Origin: an uncultured Janthinobacterium sp.
GTDB lineage: Bacteria > Vulcanimicrobiota > Vulcanimicrobiia > Vulcanimicrobiales > Vulcanimicrobiaceae
DNA length: 16,319 bases
Direction of reading: 5' to 3'
NCBI GenBank assembly: GCA_964658025.1
Contig: CAZZXB010000068.1
Span: 1-16,319, forward strand
Under the pieces are notes generated by a model, which had not been told where the DNA came from, did not search any database, and was given only the letters and a program-made list of their open reading frames with translations. This document shows, piece by piece, positions 1 through 7,617 of this stretch (the stretch's first letter is position 1; each line of letters opens with the position of its first letter). A program made the position numbers and the translations under genes.

Positions 1-1
1 C

Positions 2-121
2 CCGAGCGACGCGCTTCCGGAGTACCTGCTCGCGAACGCGCCCGCGGGCGCGCTCGTCCTCATGCTCGGCGCCGGTTCGATCACGAACGCCTCCGCGGCG
101 CTCGCGGAGCGCCTGCGATGA
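2..121 (+). CDS. murC: 3' end of UDP-N-acetylmuramate--L-alanine ligase (truncated by window edge)
   Basis: Frame +2 reads PSDALPEYLLANAPAGALVLMLGAGSITNASAALAERLR*, matching the MurC C-terminal G(D/A)LVLxxGAG(D/S)I motif. Stop TGA at 119-121. Lies directly upstream of murB-ddl as in the dcw cluster. Confidence 0.85.
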   Translation, partial: PSDALPEYLLANAPAGALVLMLGAGSITNASAALAERLR

Positions 122-231
122 CGGACGCTCGCGCGCCACGCGCGACGGCTCTCGATGCGGAGCGTGCGGCGTGCGCGAGATCCGCGCTCGCGTCCGCTGC
201 GGCGCGCGGCCGCGCGAGCGTATCGCGATGA
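118..231 (+). CDS. Putative 37-aa bridging ORF (MTDARAPRATALDAERAACARSALASAAARGRASVSR*) between murC and murB
   Basis: ATG 118-120 overlaps the murC stop (ATGA) and its TGA 229-231 overlaps the murB ATG (ATGA). Open throughout. Low-complexity Ala/Arg peptide with no recognisable domain. Confidence 0.4.
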   Translation: MTDARAPRATALDAERAACARSALASAAARGRASVSR

Positions 232-1148
232 GCGTGCTCGCGGAGCGCGACCGCGCGTTCTTGCGCGACCGATTCGCCGAGCGCGCGCGTTTCGACGAGC
301 CGCTCGCCGCGTACACGTCGTGGAAGATCGGCGGTCCCGCCGACGTCGTGCTCGCGCTCGAAACGGTCGAGGAACTCGCCGACGTCATGCGGCTCGCGTT
401 CGCGCGCAAGCTCCCGTGGTTCGTGCTCGGGAGCGGTTCGAATCTGCTCGTCGGCGACGGCGGGATGCGCGGGCTCGTCCTGCGGCTCGGCGGGACGTTC
501 TCCGAGATCGCCGTCCGCACGACGGACGGCGAGGTGCTCGTCGATGCGGGCGCGTCGGCGAGTGCGCCCGCGCTCGTCGCGCAGGCTGCGGGCGCGGGCG
601 CCTCCGGCATCGACGCGCTCGCGGGTATCCCGGGGAGCGTCGGCGGCCTGACGCGGATGAACGCGGGGACCGATCGCGAGATCGGCGAGTTCTTGCGCGA
701 CGTGCTCGTGCAGACGCCGGCGAAACCCGAGCCGCATCCGGTGACGCCGCACTATTTCTACCGGCACACGACCCTCGCGCACGACGCCGTCGTCTCGCGC
801 GTGCGCCTCGCGTTCGCGCGCGAGGAGCCCGCCGTCGTCCGCGCGCGCACGCAACTGCGGCTCGTGCGGCGCAAGGCGACCCAGCCGATCGGACTCCCCA
901 ACGCCGGGTCGTGCTTTCGCAATCCCACGGGCGATAGCGCCGGGCGACTCATCGAATCGATCGGCGCCAAGGGCTGGCGCGAGGGCGACGCCGAGGTCTC
1001 CGACCTACACGCGAACTTCATCGTCAATCGCGGTCGCGCGACGGCGTCCGACGTGGCGACGTTACTCGGCCGCGTCCGTCGAGGGGTCGCCGAGCGTACG
1101 GGCGTCGAACTCGAACTCGAAGTGCATTTCATCGGAGTATTCGCGTGA
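228..1148 (+). CDS. murB: UDP-N-acetylenolpyruvoylglucosamine reductase
   Basis: Motifs TSWKIGGPAD, LGSGSNLL, GIPGSVGG, MNAG, QPIGLPNAGSCFRNP, HANFIVN, LELEV. Start set at ATG 228 (MSVLAERD, 306 aa) rather than the ORF-track 171. Confidence 0.96.
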   Translation: MSVLAERDRAFLRDRFAERARFDEPLAAYTSWKIGGPADVVLALETVEELADVMRLAFARKLPWFVLGSGSNLLVGDGGMRGLVLRLGGTFSEIAVRTTDGEVLVDAGASASAPALVAQAAGAGASGIDALAGIPGSVGGLTRMNAGTDREIGEFLRDVLVQTPAKPEPHPVTPHYFYRHTTLAHDAVVSRVRLAFAREEPAVVRARTQLRLVRRKATQPIGLPNAGSCFRNPTGDSAGRLIESIGAKGWREGDAEVSDLHANFIVNRGRATASDVATLLGRVRRGVAERTGVELELEVHFIGVFA

Positions 1149-2086
1149 AGGCGCGCGTCGCGGTCGTCATGGGCGGTCCCAGTAGCGAGCGCGAGGTTTC
1201 GATCGCGAGCGGTCGGGGCGTGATGAACGCGCTCGAACGTCTCGGCTACGACGCGCGATCGCTCGACTTCGACGAGCGGTTCGTGGAGGGCGTGCGCGAG
1301 ATCGCGCCCGATCTCGTGTTCAACGCGCTCCACGGCGCGGGCGGCGAAGACGGCACGTTACAGGGCGTGCTCGAATGGTTGCGCGTGCCCTACACGGGGA
1401 GCGATCTCCGCTCGTGCGCGCTCGCGATGGACAAGCACCTCACCAAAAAATTGTTCAGTGCCGAAGGATTGCCGACGCCCGCCTGGGACACGTTCGATTT
1501 CGACGGCGGGACGCTCCCGCTCTTGCCGGGTTCGCTCGGCCTTCCGCTCGTCGTGAAACCGCGCGACGAAGGCTCGAGCACGGGCGTCTCGCTCGTGCGC
1601 ACGCACGAGGAATGGTCGCGGACGATGATCGCGATCTCGGAACATCGTCGCGCGATCCTCGCCGAGGAATTCGTCGACGGTCGCGAGTTCTCGTGCGGCG
1701 TCTTGTTCGAAGAGGCGCTCCCGGTCGTCGAGATCGTTCCGATCGGTCACGACTTCTACGATTACGAAGCGAAGTACGAAGCGGGGGCGAGCCGCCACGA
1801 CGTGCCCGCGAAGATCGATCGCGATCTGGCGCATCGGCTCCAGATGCTCGCGCTCTCCGCGCACCGGTTGCTCGGGCTACGCGATTACTCGCGTACCGAT
1901 TTCATGGTCACGGCCGGCGGCCGGCCGTTCATCCTGGAGACCAACGCGCTCCCGGGGATGACCGAGACGAGCCTGCTCCCCGAAGAGTGCGCGGCGGCGG
2001 GGATCTCTTACGACGCGCTCGTCGATCGTCTCGTCCGTGCCGCGCTCGATCGCGGTCGGACGCTCTCGAGCGCGCCCGCACCCTGA
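1145..2086 (+). CDS. ddl: D-alanine--D-alanine ligase
   Basis: GGPSSEREVS, LHGAGGEDGTLQG, MDK, KPRDEGSS, omega loop FYDYEAKY, LETNALPGMT. GTG start overlaps the murB stop (GTGA). Confidence 0.97.
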   Translation: MKARVAVVMGGPSSEREVSIASGRGVMNALERLGYDARSLDFDERFVEGVREIAPDLVFNALHGAGGEDGTLQGVLEWLRVPYTGSDLRSCALAMDKHLTKKLFSAEGLPTPAWDTFDFDGGTLPLLPGSLGLPLVVKPRDEGSSTGVSLVRTHEEWSRTMIAISEHRRAILAEEFVDGREFSCGVLFEEALPVVEIVPIGHDFYDYEAKYEAGASRHDVPAKIDRDLAHRLQMLALSAHRLLGLRDYSRTDFMVTAGGRPFILETNALPGMTETSLLPEECAAAGISYDALVDRLVRAALDRGRTLSSAPAP

Positions 2087-2098
2087 GACGACGGGCGC

Positions 2099-2758
2099 TC
2101 AGTAGTCGTCGGGATAGACGAAACGCCGCGCGCGGGCCGCGTCGAAATCGTCGACGGCGCTCGGGTTCGGCGTAAGGCGCGCGATCCGATCCGCCATCCG
2201 CTCGCGGACGTAATCGCAGCCGCCGTCTTCGGCCAGGAGCGGTCCGGAACGTCCGTCGCGACCGCGCGCCGCATCCCAATACGCGCAGGCGTCGAGCTCC
2301 GCGGGCACGACGAGCGGCGCGGCGACGTCGTCCCCGTCGCGTTCGAGCACGACCGACGCGAGATACGCTCCCGGCGCGACGTCGGTACCCGTCGTACGCC
2401 CGGTCGCGTCGGTGCGGACGAACACGAATTCGTATTCCGGCTCGTGCGTGGCGGCGCGGTACGCCGCAGCGCGTCGCGCGACCGCGGCGGTTCCGCCGAG
2501 CGCCGCGACGATCTCGCGATCGAGCGCGCGCGCGCCGCGGACGTCGACGCTCCCTCTGCCGAGTAATTCGAAAGAGCGCGCGAGACGCACGCGCTCGGCC
2601 GGAGCGAGCGCGCGCGCGCCGACGGGTTCGAGTAATCGCGCCGACGACGCCCGCGCGGTTAGCGAATCGGCCCGCGTTCCGGAAATGACGACGAGGACCG
2701 CCGCGCCGAAGAGGCCCGTGGAAAAGGCGATTCTGGCAAGTCGTGCGAGATGGTTCAC
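2099..2758 (-). CDS. Hypothetical secreted or membrane-anchored protein (~219 aa)
   Basis: Minus-strand ORF not overlapping its neighbours. The likely GTG start at 2758 gives MNHLARLARIAFSTGLFGAAVLVVISGTRA-DS (basic, hydrophobic, signal-peptide-like). Alternative ATG at 2824. No family recognised. Confidence 0.65.
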   Translation of the reverse strand: MNHLARLARIAFSTGLFGAAVLVVISGTRADSLTARASSARLLEPVGARALAPAERVRLARSFELLGRGSVDVRGARALDREIVAALGGTAAVARRAAAYRAATHEPEYEFVFVRTDATGRTTGTDVAPGAYLASVVLERDGDDVAAPLVVPAELDACAYWDAARGRDGRSGPLLAEDGGCDYVRERMADRIARLTPNPSAVDDFDAARARRFVYPDDY

Positions 2759-2925
2759 GAGCGGGGTTCCGTTTCTGAGACGCGTCGACGGAATGCGAAA
2801 CGTCGCGCCGTCGTGAGACGGCATCGCGTCGGGATATCATCGGTCGGAATATTCGAAGCGGTCAAGAGACCGCACGCGGACCGACTAACGGATTTCGAGG
2901 AGCGCGAGCGTGGCGCTTGGCGCAT

Positions 2926-2935
2926 ATTTTACACT
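2926..2935. promoter_or_regulatory. Possible overlapping divergent -10 elements (TAAAAT on minus 2926-2931; TACACT on plus 2930-2935)
   Basis: AT-rich patch CATATTTTACACTTA in the middle of a divergent intergenic region. No convincing -35 elements. Confidence 0.3.
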
Positions 2936-3050
2936 TAGCGGCTCGCCGTCGTCGGCCGAGGTGCCGACGTCCCGCGGTCGCCACGCGATCGAACGCGCGT
3001 CGCGATCCGTCCTCGCGGTCGGCACGGCCGCGGACGACGTCCGCCAAACG

Positions 3051-3080
3051 TCGCACGTCGCGCGGTGCATGAATTATGAT
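3051..3080 (+). promoter_or_regulatory. Possible sigma70 promoter of the citA-his operon (TCGCAC-N18-TATGAT)
   Basis: TATGAT at 3075-3080 with a weak -35 at 3051-3056. AGGA at 3089-3092 is SD-like, ahead of ATG 3103. Confidence 0.35.
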
Positions 3081-3102
3081 TCGACCTCAGGAATCGTCGG
3101 AT

Positions 3103-4263
3103 ATGGTTTCGCTCGGCACCGTCGTCGACCGGGGACTCGAGGGCGTCGTCGTCGGGACGTCCGCGATCTGTAACGTCGATGGTGCGGCCGGTCGGTTGCG
3201 CTACCGCGGTTACGACATCGCGGATCTCGCGGAACGGGCGTCCTTCGAAGAGGTGGCGTTCCTCTTGCTCTTCGGCCGCCTCCCCAACGCCCCCGCGCTC
3301 GCGGACTTCACGGTCCGACTCGCGGCGAATCGGGCGATGACGCCCGGGCAGATCGCGGCGCTCAAAGTCATCCCGCGCGACGCGTGGCCGATGGACGTCC
3401 TGCGAACGGCCGTCTCGGCGCTCTCGCTGACGATTCCGACGCTTCCGGACGGCTCGCACGCCTCGAACACCGGGAGCGCGATCCACGTGATCGCGCGCAT
3501 GCCGACGATCGTCGCGGCGTGGGATCGTATCCGTCGCGGACTCGAGCCGATCGCGCCCGAGCCGCAGCTCTCGACGGCCGCGAATTTTCTCTACATGCGC
3601 TCGGGTCGCGTCCCCGAGCCCGAAGCCGAGCGCGCGCTCGACACGTATCTCGTCCTCCTCGCCGATCACTCCTATAACGCGTCGACGTTCGCCGCGCGGG
3701 TCGCCGCGTCGACGCGCGCCGATCTCTTCGCCGCCGCCACGGCCGCGCTCGCCACGTTGCAGGGCGATCTCCACGGCGGCGCGCCGAGCCGCGTGATGGC
3801 GACGCTCGTCGATATCGGCACGCCGGATCGCGCCGAGTCGTACGTTCGCGAGATGCTCGCGCGCGGCGAGCGCGTGATGGGCATGGGCCACCGCGAATAT
3901 CGCGTCCGCGATCCGCGCGCCGCGCATCTCGAGTCGATGGCGAGGGCGCTCGCGGAAACGACGGAGACGCCGTGGTACGCGATCGCGCGCGCGCTCGAGG
4001 ACGCCGCGAACGCGGCGTTCGCGGAGAAAAAACCGGGTCGCAAGATCTTCGCGAACGTCGAATTCTACACCGCGCCGACGCTCCACGCGCTCGGCATCCC
4101 CGCCGACGAATTCACGTGTCTGTTCGCGTGCGGTCGGATCGTGGGATGGGCCGCGCACGTCCTCGAGCAACTCGCCGACAATCGCCTGATCCGTCCGCAG
4201 GCGACGTACACGGGGCCCGACGAGATGACGTGGACGAAGCTCGAAGCGCGGTCGGCCTCGTGA
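3103..4263 (+). CDS. citA: Citrate synthase family protein, short CitA/CS-I-like type (citrate or 2-methylcitrate synthase)
   Basis: GLEGVV, LRYRGYDI, ADHSYNASTFAARV, LHGGA, MGMGHREYRVRDPR, FANVEFY, RLIRP. About 386 aa with no long type II N-terminus. Start ATG 3103 after AGGA. Confidence 0.88.
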   Translation: MVSLGTVVDRGLEGVVVGTSAICNVDGAAGRLRYRGYDIADLAERASFEEVAFLLLFGRLPNAPALADFTVRLAANRAMTPGQIAALKVIPRDAWPMDVLRTAVSALSLTIPTLPDGSHASNTGSAIHVIARMPTIVAAWDRIRRGLEPIAPEPQLSTAANFLYMRSGRVPEPEAERALDTYLVLLADHSYNASTFAARVAASTRADLFAAATAALATLQGDLHGGAPSRVMATLVDIGTPDRAESYVREMLARGERVMGMGHREYRVRDPRAAHLESMARALAETTETPWYAIARALEDAANAAFAEKKPGRKIFANVEFYTAPTLHALGIPADEFTCLFACGRIVGWAAHVLEQLADNRLIRPQATYTGPDEMTWTKLEARSAS

Positions 4264-4850
4264 GGCTCGCGCCCCGTCGCGCGACGATCGCGCGCGAGAC
4301 GAAGGAGACGGCGATCTCGCTCGATCTCGATCTCGACGGCGGACCGATCGCGATCGCGACGGACGTGAAGTTTCTCGACCACATGCTCGACGCGTTCGCG
4401 AAGCACGCGGGGTGCGGCCTCACGCTCCGCGCGCGCGGCGACGGGATGGATCACCATCACCTCGTCGAGGACGTCGGCATCGCGCTCGGAACGGCGATCC
4501 ATCAGGCGCTCGGCGAGAAGCGCGGCATCGCGCGGTTCGGCTCGCTCGCGGTCCCGCTCGACGACGCGCTCGTGCTCGGGAGCGTCGATCTCTCCGGACG
4601 CGCGTGGTCGAACGTCACGGTCCGTTTCGGCGTCGAGAATCTCGGCGATCTGAAAACCGAACTCGTGCCGCATTTTTTTCACAGCGTCGCCGAGAACGGT
4701 CGCTTCAACCTCCATCTCGTGCAGCTCGCGGGCGAGAACTCGCACCATCTCTGCGAGGCGTCGTTCAAGGCGTTCGCGCGATCGTTCGCCGCCGCGAAAA
4801 TCGAGACGGGCGACGCGTCCGTTCCTTCGACGAAAGGGCTGTTGGCGTAA
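4260..4850 (+). CDS. hisB: Imidazoleglycerol-phosphate dehydratase
   Basis: RETKET, FLDHML, metal motifs [11 protein letters not shown] and [13 protein letters not shown]-terminal PSTKG. GTG 4260 overlaps the upstream stop (GTGA); the ORF-track start 3972 is an over-extension. Confidence 0.96.
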   Translation: MRLAPRRATIARETKETAISLDLDLDGGPIAIATDVKFLDHMLDAFAKHAGCGLTLRARGDGMDHHHLVEDVGIALGTAIHQALGEKRGIARFGSLAVPLDDALVLGSVDLSGRAWSNVTVRFGVENLGDLKTELVPHFFHSVAENGRFNLHLVQLAGENSHHLCEASFKAFARSFAAAKIETGDASVPSTKGLLA

Positions 4851-4854
4851 GGTC

Positions 4855-6249
4855 ATGTCGGAATCGAACGGAGTTTCCATCGCGCGGGGCGAGGCGCGGC
4901 CGTACGCCCTCGTCGACGGGGCGGGCGAGCGCGTCGCCGACTTCCCGCATCTCGACGCGACCGTCGGTGCGGGCGCGGTCGACGTACGGCGGCTCTTCGA
5001 CGCGACCGACACGCTGACGTTCGATCCGGGTTTCTCGAGCACGGCGAGTTGTCGTTCGGCGATCACGTACGTCGACGGCGACGCGGGCGTCCTGCTCTAT
5101 CGCGGCTACGCGATCGACGAACTCGTGGAGCGCAGTTCGTTCATCGAAGTCGCGTATCTGTTGCTCTTCGGCGAGCTCCCGATCCCGAGCGAACTCGAAT
5201 CGTTTTCGAAGACGATCACGTATCACTCGATGGTTCACGAGCAACTGACGTCGTTCTATCGCGGTTTCCGTCGCGACGCGCATCCGATGGCGATCCTGCT
5301 CGGCGTCGTCGGCGCGCTCTCGGCCTTCTATCCGGATTCGATCGACGTCTCCGATCCCGAACAGCGCATGATCTCGATCCAACGTCTCATCGCGAAGATG
5401 CCGACGATCGTCGCGATGGCGTTCAAATACTCGGTCGGACAGCCGTTCGTCTATCCGCTCAACGATCTGGACTACAGCACGAATTTTTTGCGGATGATGT
5501 TTTCGGTCCCGGCCGAGCCGTACGTCGCGAACCCGACGTTCGCGCGCGCGATCAACGCGCTCCTCATCGTGCAGGCCGATCACGAGCAGAACGCGTCGAC
5601 CTCGACCGTGCGGACGGTCGGGTCGAGCCGCGCGAACCCGTTCGCATGCGTCGCCGCCGGCATCTCGTCGCTTTGGGGACCGCTGCACGGCGGCGCGAAC
5701 GAAGCGGTGCTCAACATGCTCGTGCAGATCGGATCGAAGGACAAGCTCCCGGACGTCATCCGGCGCGCGAAGGACAAGGACGATCCGTTCCGCCTGATGG
5801 GTTTCGGACACCGCGTCTACAAGAGCTACGACCCGCGCGCCAAGGTGATGAAGCGCGTGTACGAAGATCTGCTGAGCGAGACGGGCGCGACGGACGATCC
5901 GCTCTTCCAGCTCGCGATCGAGCTCGAGCGCCTCGCGCTCGAAGACGATTACTTCGTCTCGCGAAAATTGTATCCCAACGTCGATTTTTATTCCGGGCTC
6001 ATCATGAAGGCGCTCGGTATTCCGATCAACATGTTCACGGCGATCTTCGCGCTCTCGCGGACCGCCGGATGGCTCGCGCACTGGAAAGAGATGAGCGAGG
6101 ATCCCGATCAGCGGATCACGCGCCCGCGCCAACTCTACGTCGGCCCGGCGCACCGGCCGTACGCCGCGCTCGACGCGCGCCTCGATTCGAATTCGCGCTT
6201 CCCGGCCGGGCCCGCGATGCCGGGCGAACGACACATCGTCGGCGGCTGA
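4855..6249 (+). CDS. gltA: Type II (hexameric-type) citrate synthase
   Basis: [88 protein letters not shown]. Confidence 0.97.
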   Translation: MSESNGVSIARGEARPYALVDGAGERVADFPHLDATVGAGAVDVRRLFDATDTLTFDPGFSSTASCRSAITYVDGDAGVLLYRGYAIDELVERSSFIEVAYLLLFGELPIPSELESFSKTITYHSMVHEQLTSFYRGFRRDAHPMAILLGVVGALSAFYPDSIDVSDPEQRMISIQRLIAKMPTIVAMAFKYSVGQPFVYPLNDLDYSTNFLRMMFSVPAEPYVANPTFARAINALLIVQADHEQNASTSTVRTVGSSRANPFACVAAGISSLWGPLHGGANEAVLNMLVQIGSKDKLPDVIRRAKDKDDPFRLMGFGHRVYKSYDPRAKVMKRVYEDLLSETGATDDPLFQLAIELERLALEDDYFVSRKLYPNVDFYSGLIMKALGIPINMFTAIFALSRTAGWLAHWKEMSEDPDQRITRPRQLYVGPAHRPYAALDARLDSNSRFPAGPAMPGERHIVGG

Positions 6250-6250
6250 G

Positions 6251-6871
6251 ATGATCGCCGTCCTCGACTACGGCGGCGGCAATCTCGGGTCGCTCGTCTC
6301 CGCCCTCACGCGTCGCGGCGCCTCGTTCCACGTGACGGACGATCCGCACGTCGCGCGTCGCGCGAACGCCGCGATCTTACCGGGCGACGGCGCCTTCGCC
6401 GCGACGATGGACGCGCTGCGCGCGCGCGGTCTCGACGTCGCCGCGCGCGAGATCGTCGACGCGGGAAAACCGTTTCTCGGCATCTGCGTCGGCATGCAAG
6501 TGCTCTACGAGCGGAGTTTCGAGTACGGCGAGCACGCCGGACTCGGCATCTTCGCGGGCGACGTCACGCGCTTCTCGGGCGCCCCGCGCGTGCCGCACAT
6601 GGGCTGGAACGATCTCGCGATCGAGCGAGCGCATCCGTTCGTCCGCGACGTTCCGTCGGGATCGTTCGCGTATTTCTTGCACAGCTATCGCGCCGACGTC
6701 GACGCGCTCACGCTCGCGTCGTGCGAACACGGTACGCGGTTCGCCGCGATCGTCGCGCGCGACAACGTCATGGCGACGCAGTTCCATCCCGAGAAGAGTC
6801 AGGCGACGGGGGCGCGCCTGCTCGATAATTTCATCGCGCTCGCACGCGAGCCGCTCGCCCCGCTCGCGTGA
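6251..6871 (+). CDS. hisH: Imidazole glycerol phosphate synthase glutaminase subunit
   Basis: DYGGGNLGS, LGICVGMQ (nucleophile Cys), VPHMGWN, YFLHSY, QFHPEKS. Confidence 0.96.
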   Translation: MIAVLDYGGGNLGSLVSALTRRGASFHVTDDPHVARRANAAILPGDGAFAATMDALRARGLDVAAREIVDAGKPFLGICVGMQVLYERSFEYGEHAGLGIFAGDVTRFSGAPRVPHMGWNDLAIERAHPFVRDVPSGSFAYFLHSYRADVDALTLASCEHGTRFAAIVARDNVMATQFHPEKSQATGARLLDNFIALAREPLAPLA

Positions 6872-7617
6872 CGATCGTTCCCGCGATCGACCTGCGCGGC
6901 GGCCGCTGCGTGCGACTCGTGCTCGGCGATCCGGCGCGCGAGACCCGCTACGACGGCGATCCGGTCGATCGCGCGCGCGCGTTCGCGCGCGCGGGTGCGG
7001 CGCGCATCCACGTCGTCGATCTCGACGGCGCGTTCGGCACGGGTGAGAATCTCGCGGCGCTCCGCGCGATCTGCGCGGCGACGGACGTCCCGGTGCAGAC
7101 GGGCGGGGGGATCCGGACGGCCGACGACGCGCGCGTGCGTTTCGATGCGGGCGCGGCGTTCGTCGTGCTCGGCACCGTGCTCGTCGAGGATGCCGAGACG
7201 TCGCGCGCGATCGCGAGCGCGTTCGGCGAGCGCGTGATCGGCGGCGTCGACGCGCGCGGGAGCGCGGTCGCCGTGCGCGGATGGCGGACCGACGCCGGAC
7301 GGACGCGCGATGCGTTCGTCCGCGAACTCGTCTCGTGGGGGATCGGACGGATCGTGTTCACCGAGATCGCGCGCGACGGCACGGGCGCGGGCTACGACGT
7401 CGCGGCGCTCGCGGACGTGGCGAGGCTCGCTCCGGTTCGCGTGACGGCGAGCGGCGGCGCGCGCACGATCGACGACCTCGTCCGACTCGCGGCGGGGACG
7501 CCTGCGAACGTCGACGCGGCGATCGTCGGCCGCGCGATCTACGAGGGGACGCTCGATCTCGGCGAGGCGCTCGCGTTCGGCGCGTCCGTCACGGAGCGCG
7601 CGCCCGCGTCCGCATAA
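6868..7617 (+). CDS. hisA: ProFAR isomerase
   Basis: PAIDLRGGRCVRL, HVVDLDGA, QTGGGIR, VDAR, GW, TEIARDG, ASGG, IVGRAIYEG. GTG start overlaps the hisH stop. Confidence 0.95.
   Translation: MTIVPAIDLRGGRCVRLVLGDPARETRYDGDPVDRARAFARAGAARIHVVDLDGAFGTGENLAALRAICAATDVPVQTGGGIRTADDARVRFDAGAAFVVLGTVLVEDAETSRAIASAFGERVIGGVDARGSAVAVRGWRTDAGRTRDAFVRELVSWGIGRIVFTEIARDGTGAGYDVAALADVARLAPVRVTASGGARTIDDLVRLAAGTPANVDAAIVGRAIYEGTLDLGEALAFGASVTERAPASA

Noticed and set aside
1145..2086. Van-type D-Ala-D-Lac/D-Ser ligase, given nearby alr
   Set aside because: The FYDYEAKY omega loop and murB-ddl context indicate housekeeping Ddl; no vanH, vanX or vanRS.
2730..2802. Fragments resembling a c-di-GMP-I riboswitch (GGCAA..AGCGGGGTTCC) or hammerhead core (CTGAGA..GAAA)
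   Set aside because: Spacing and required stems are missing, the CUGANGA core is incomplete, and part overlaps the opposite-strand CDS.
6170..6249. C-terminal extension of GltA as a hisB remnant or extra domain
   Set aside because: No similarity to the HisB C-terminus; more simply a drifted tail reaching the hisH start.
6380..6391. HisH oxyanion strand PGDG instead of PGVG
   Set aside because: The position varies among HisH proteins and the Cys-His-Glu triad is intact.
6868..7617. Bifunctional PriA suggested by the RGW motif
   Set aside because: The phosphate loop is GGG (QTGGGIR), HisA-type, not the PriA SGG signature.
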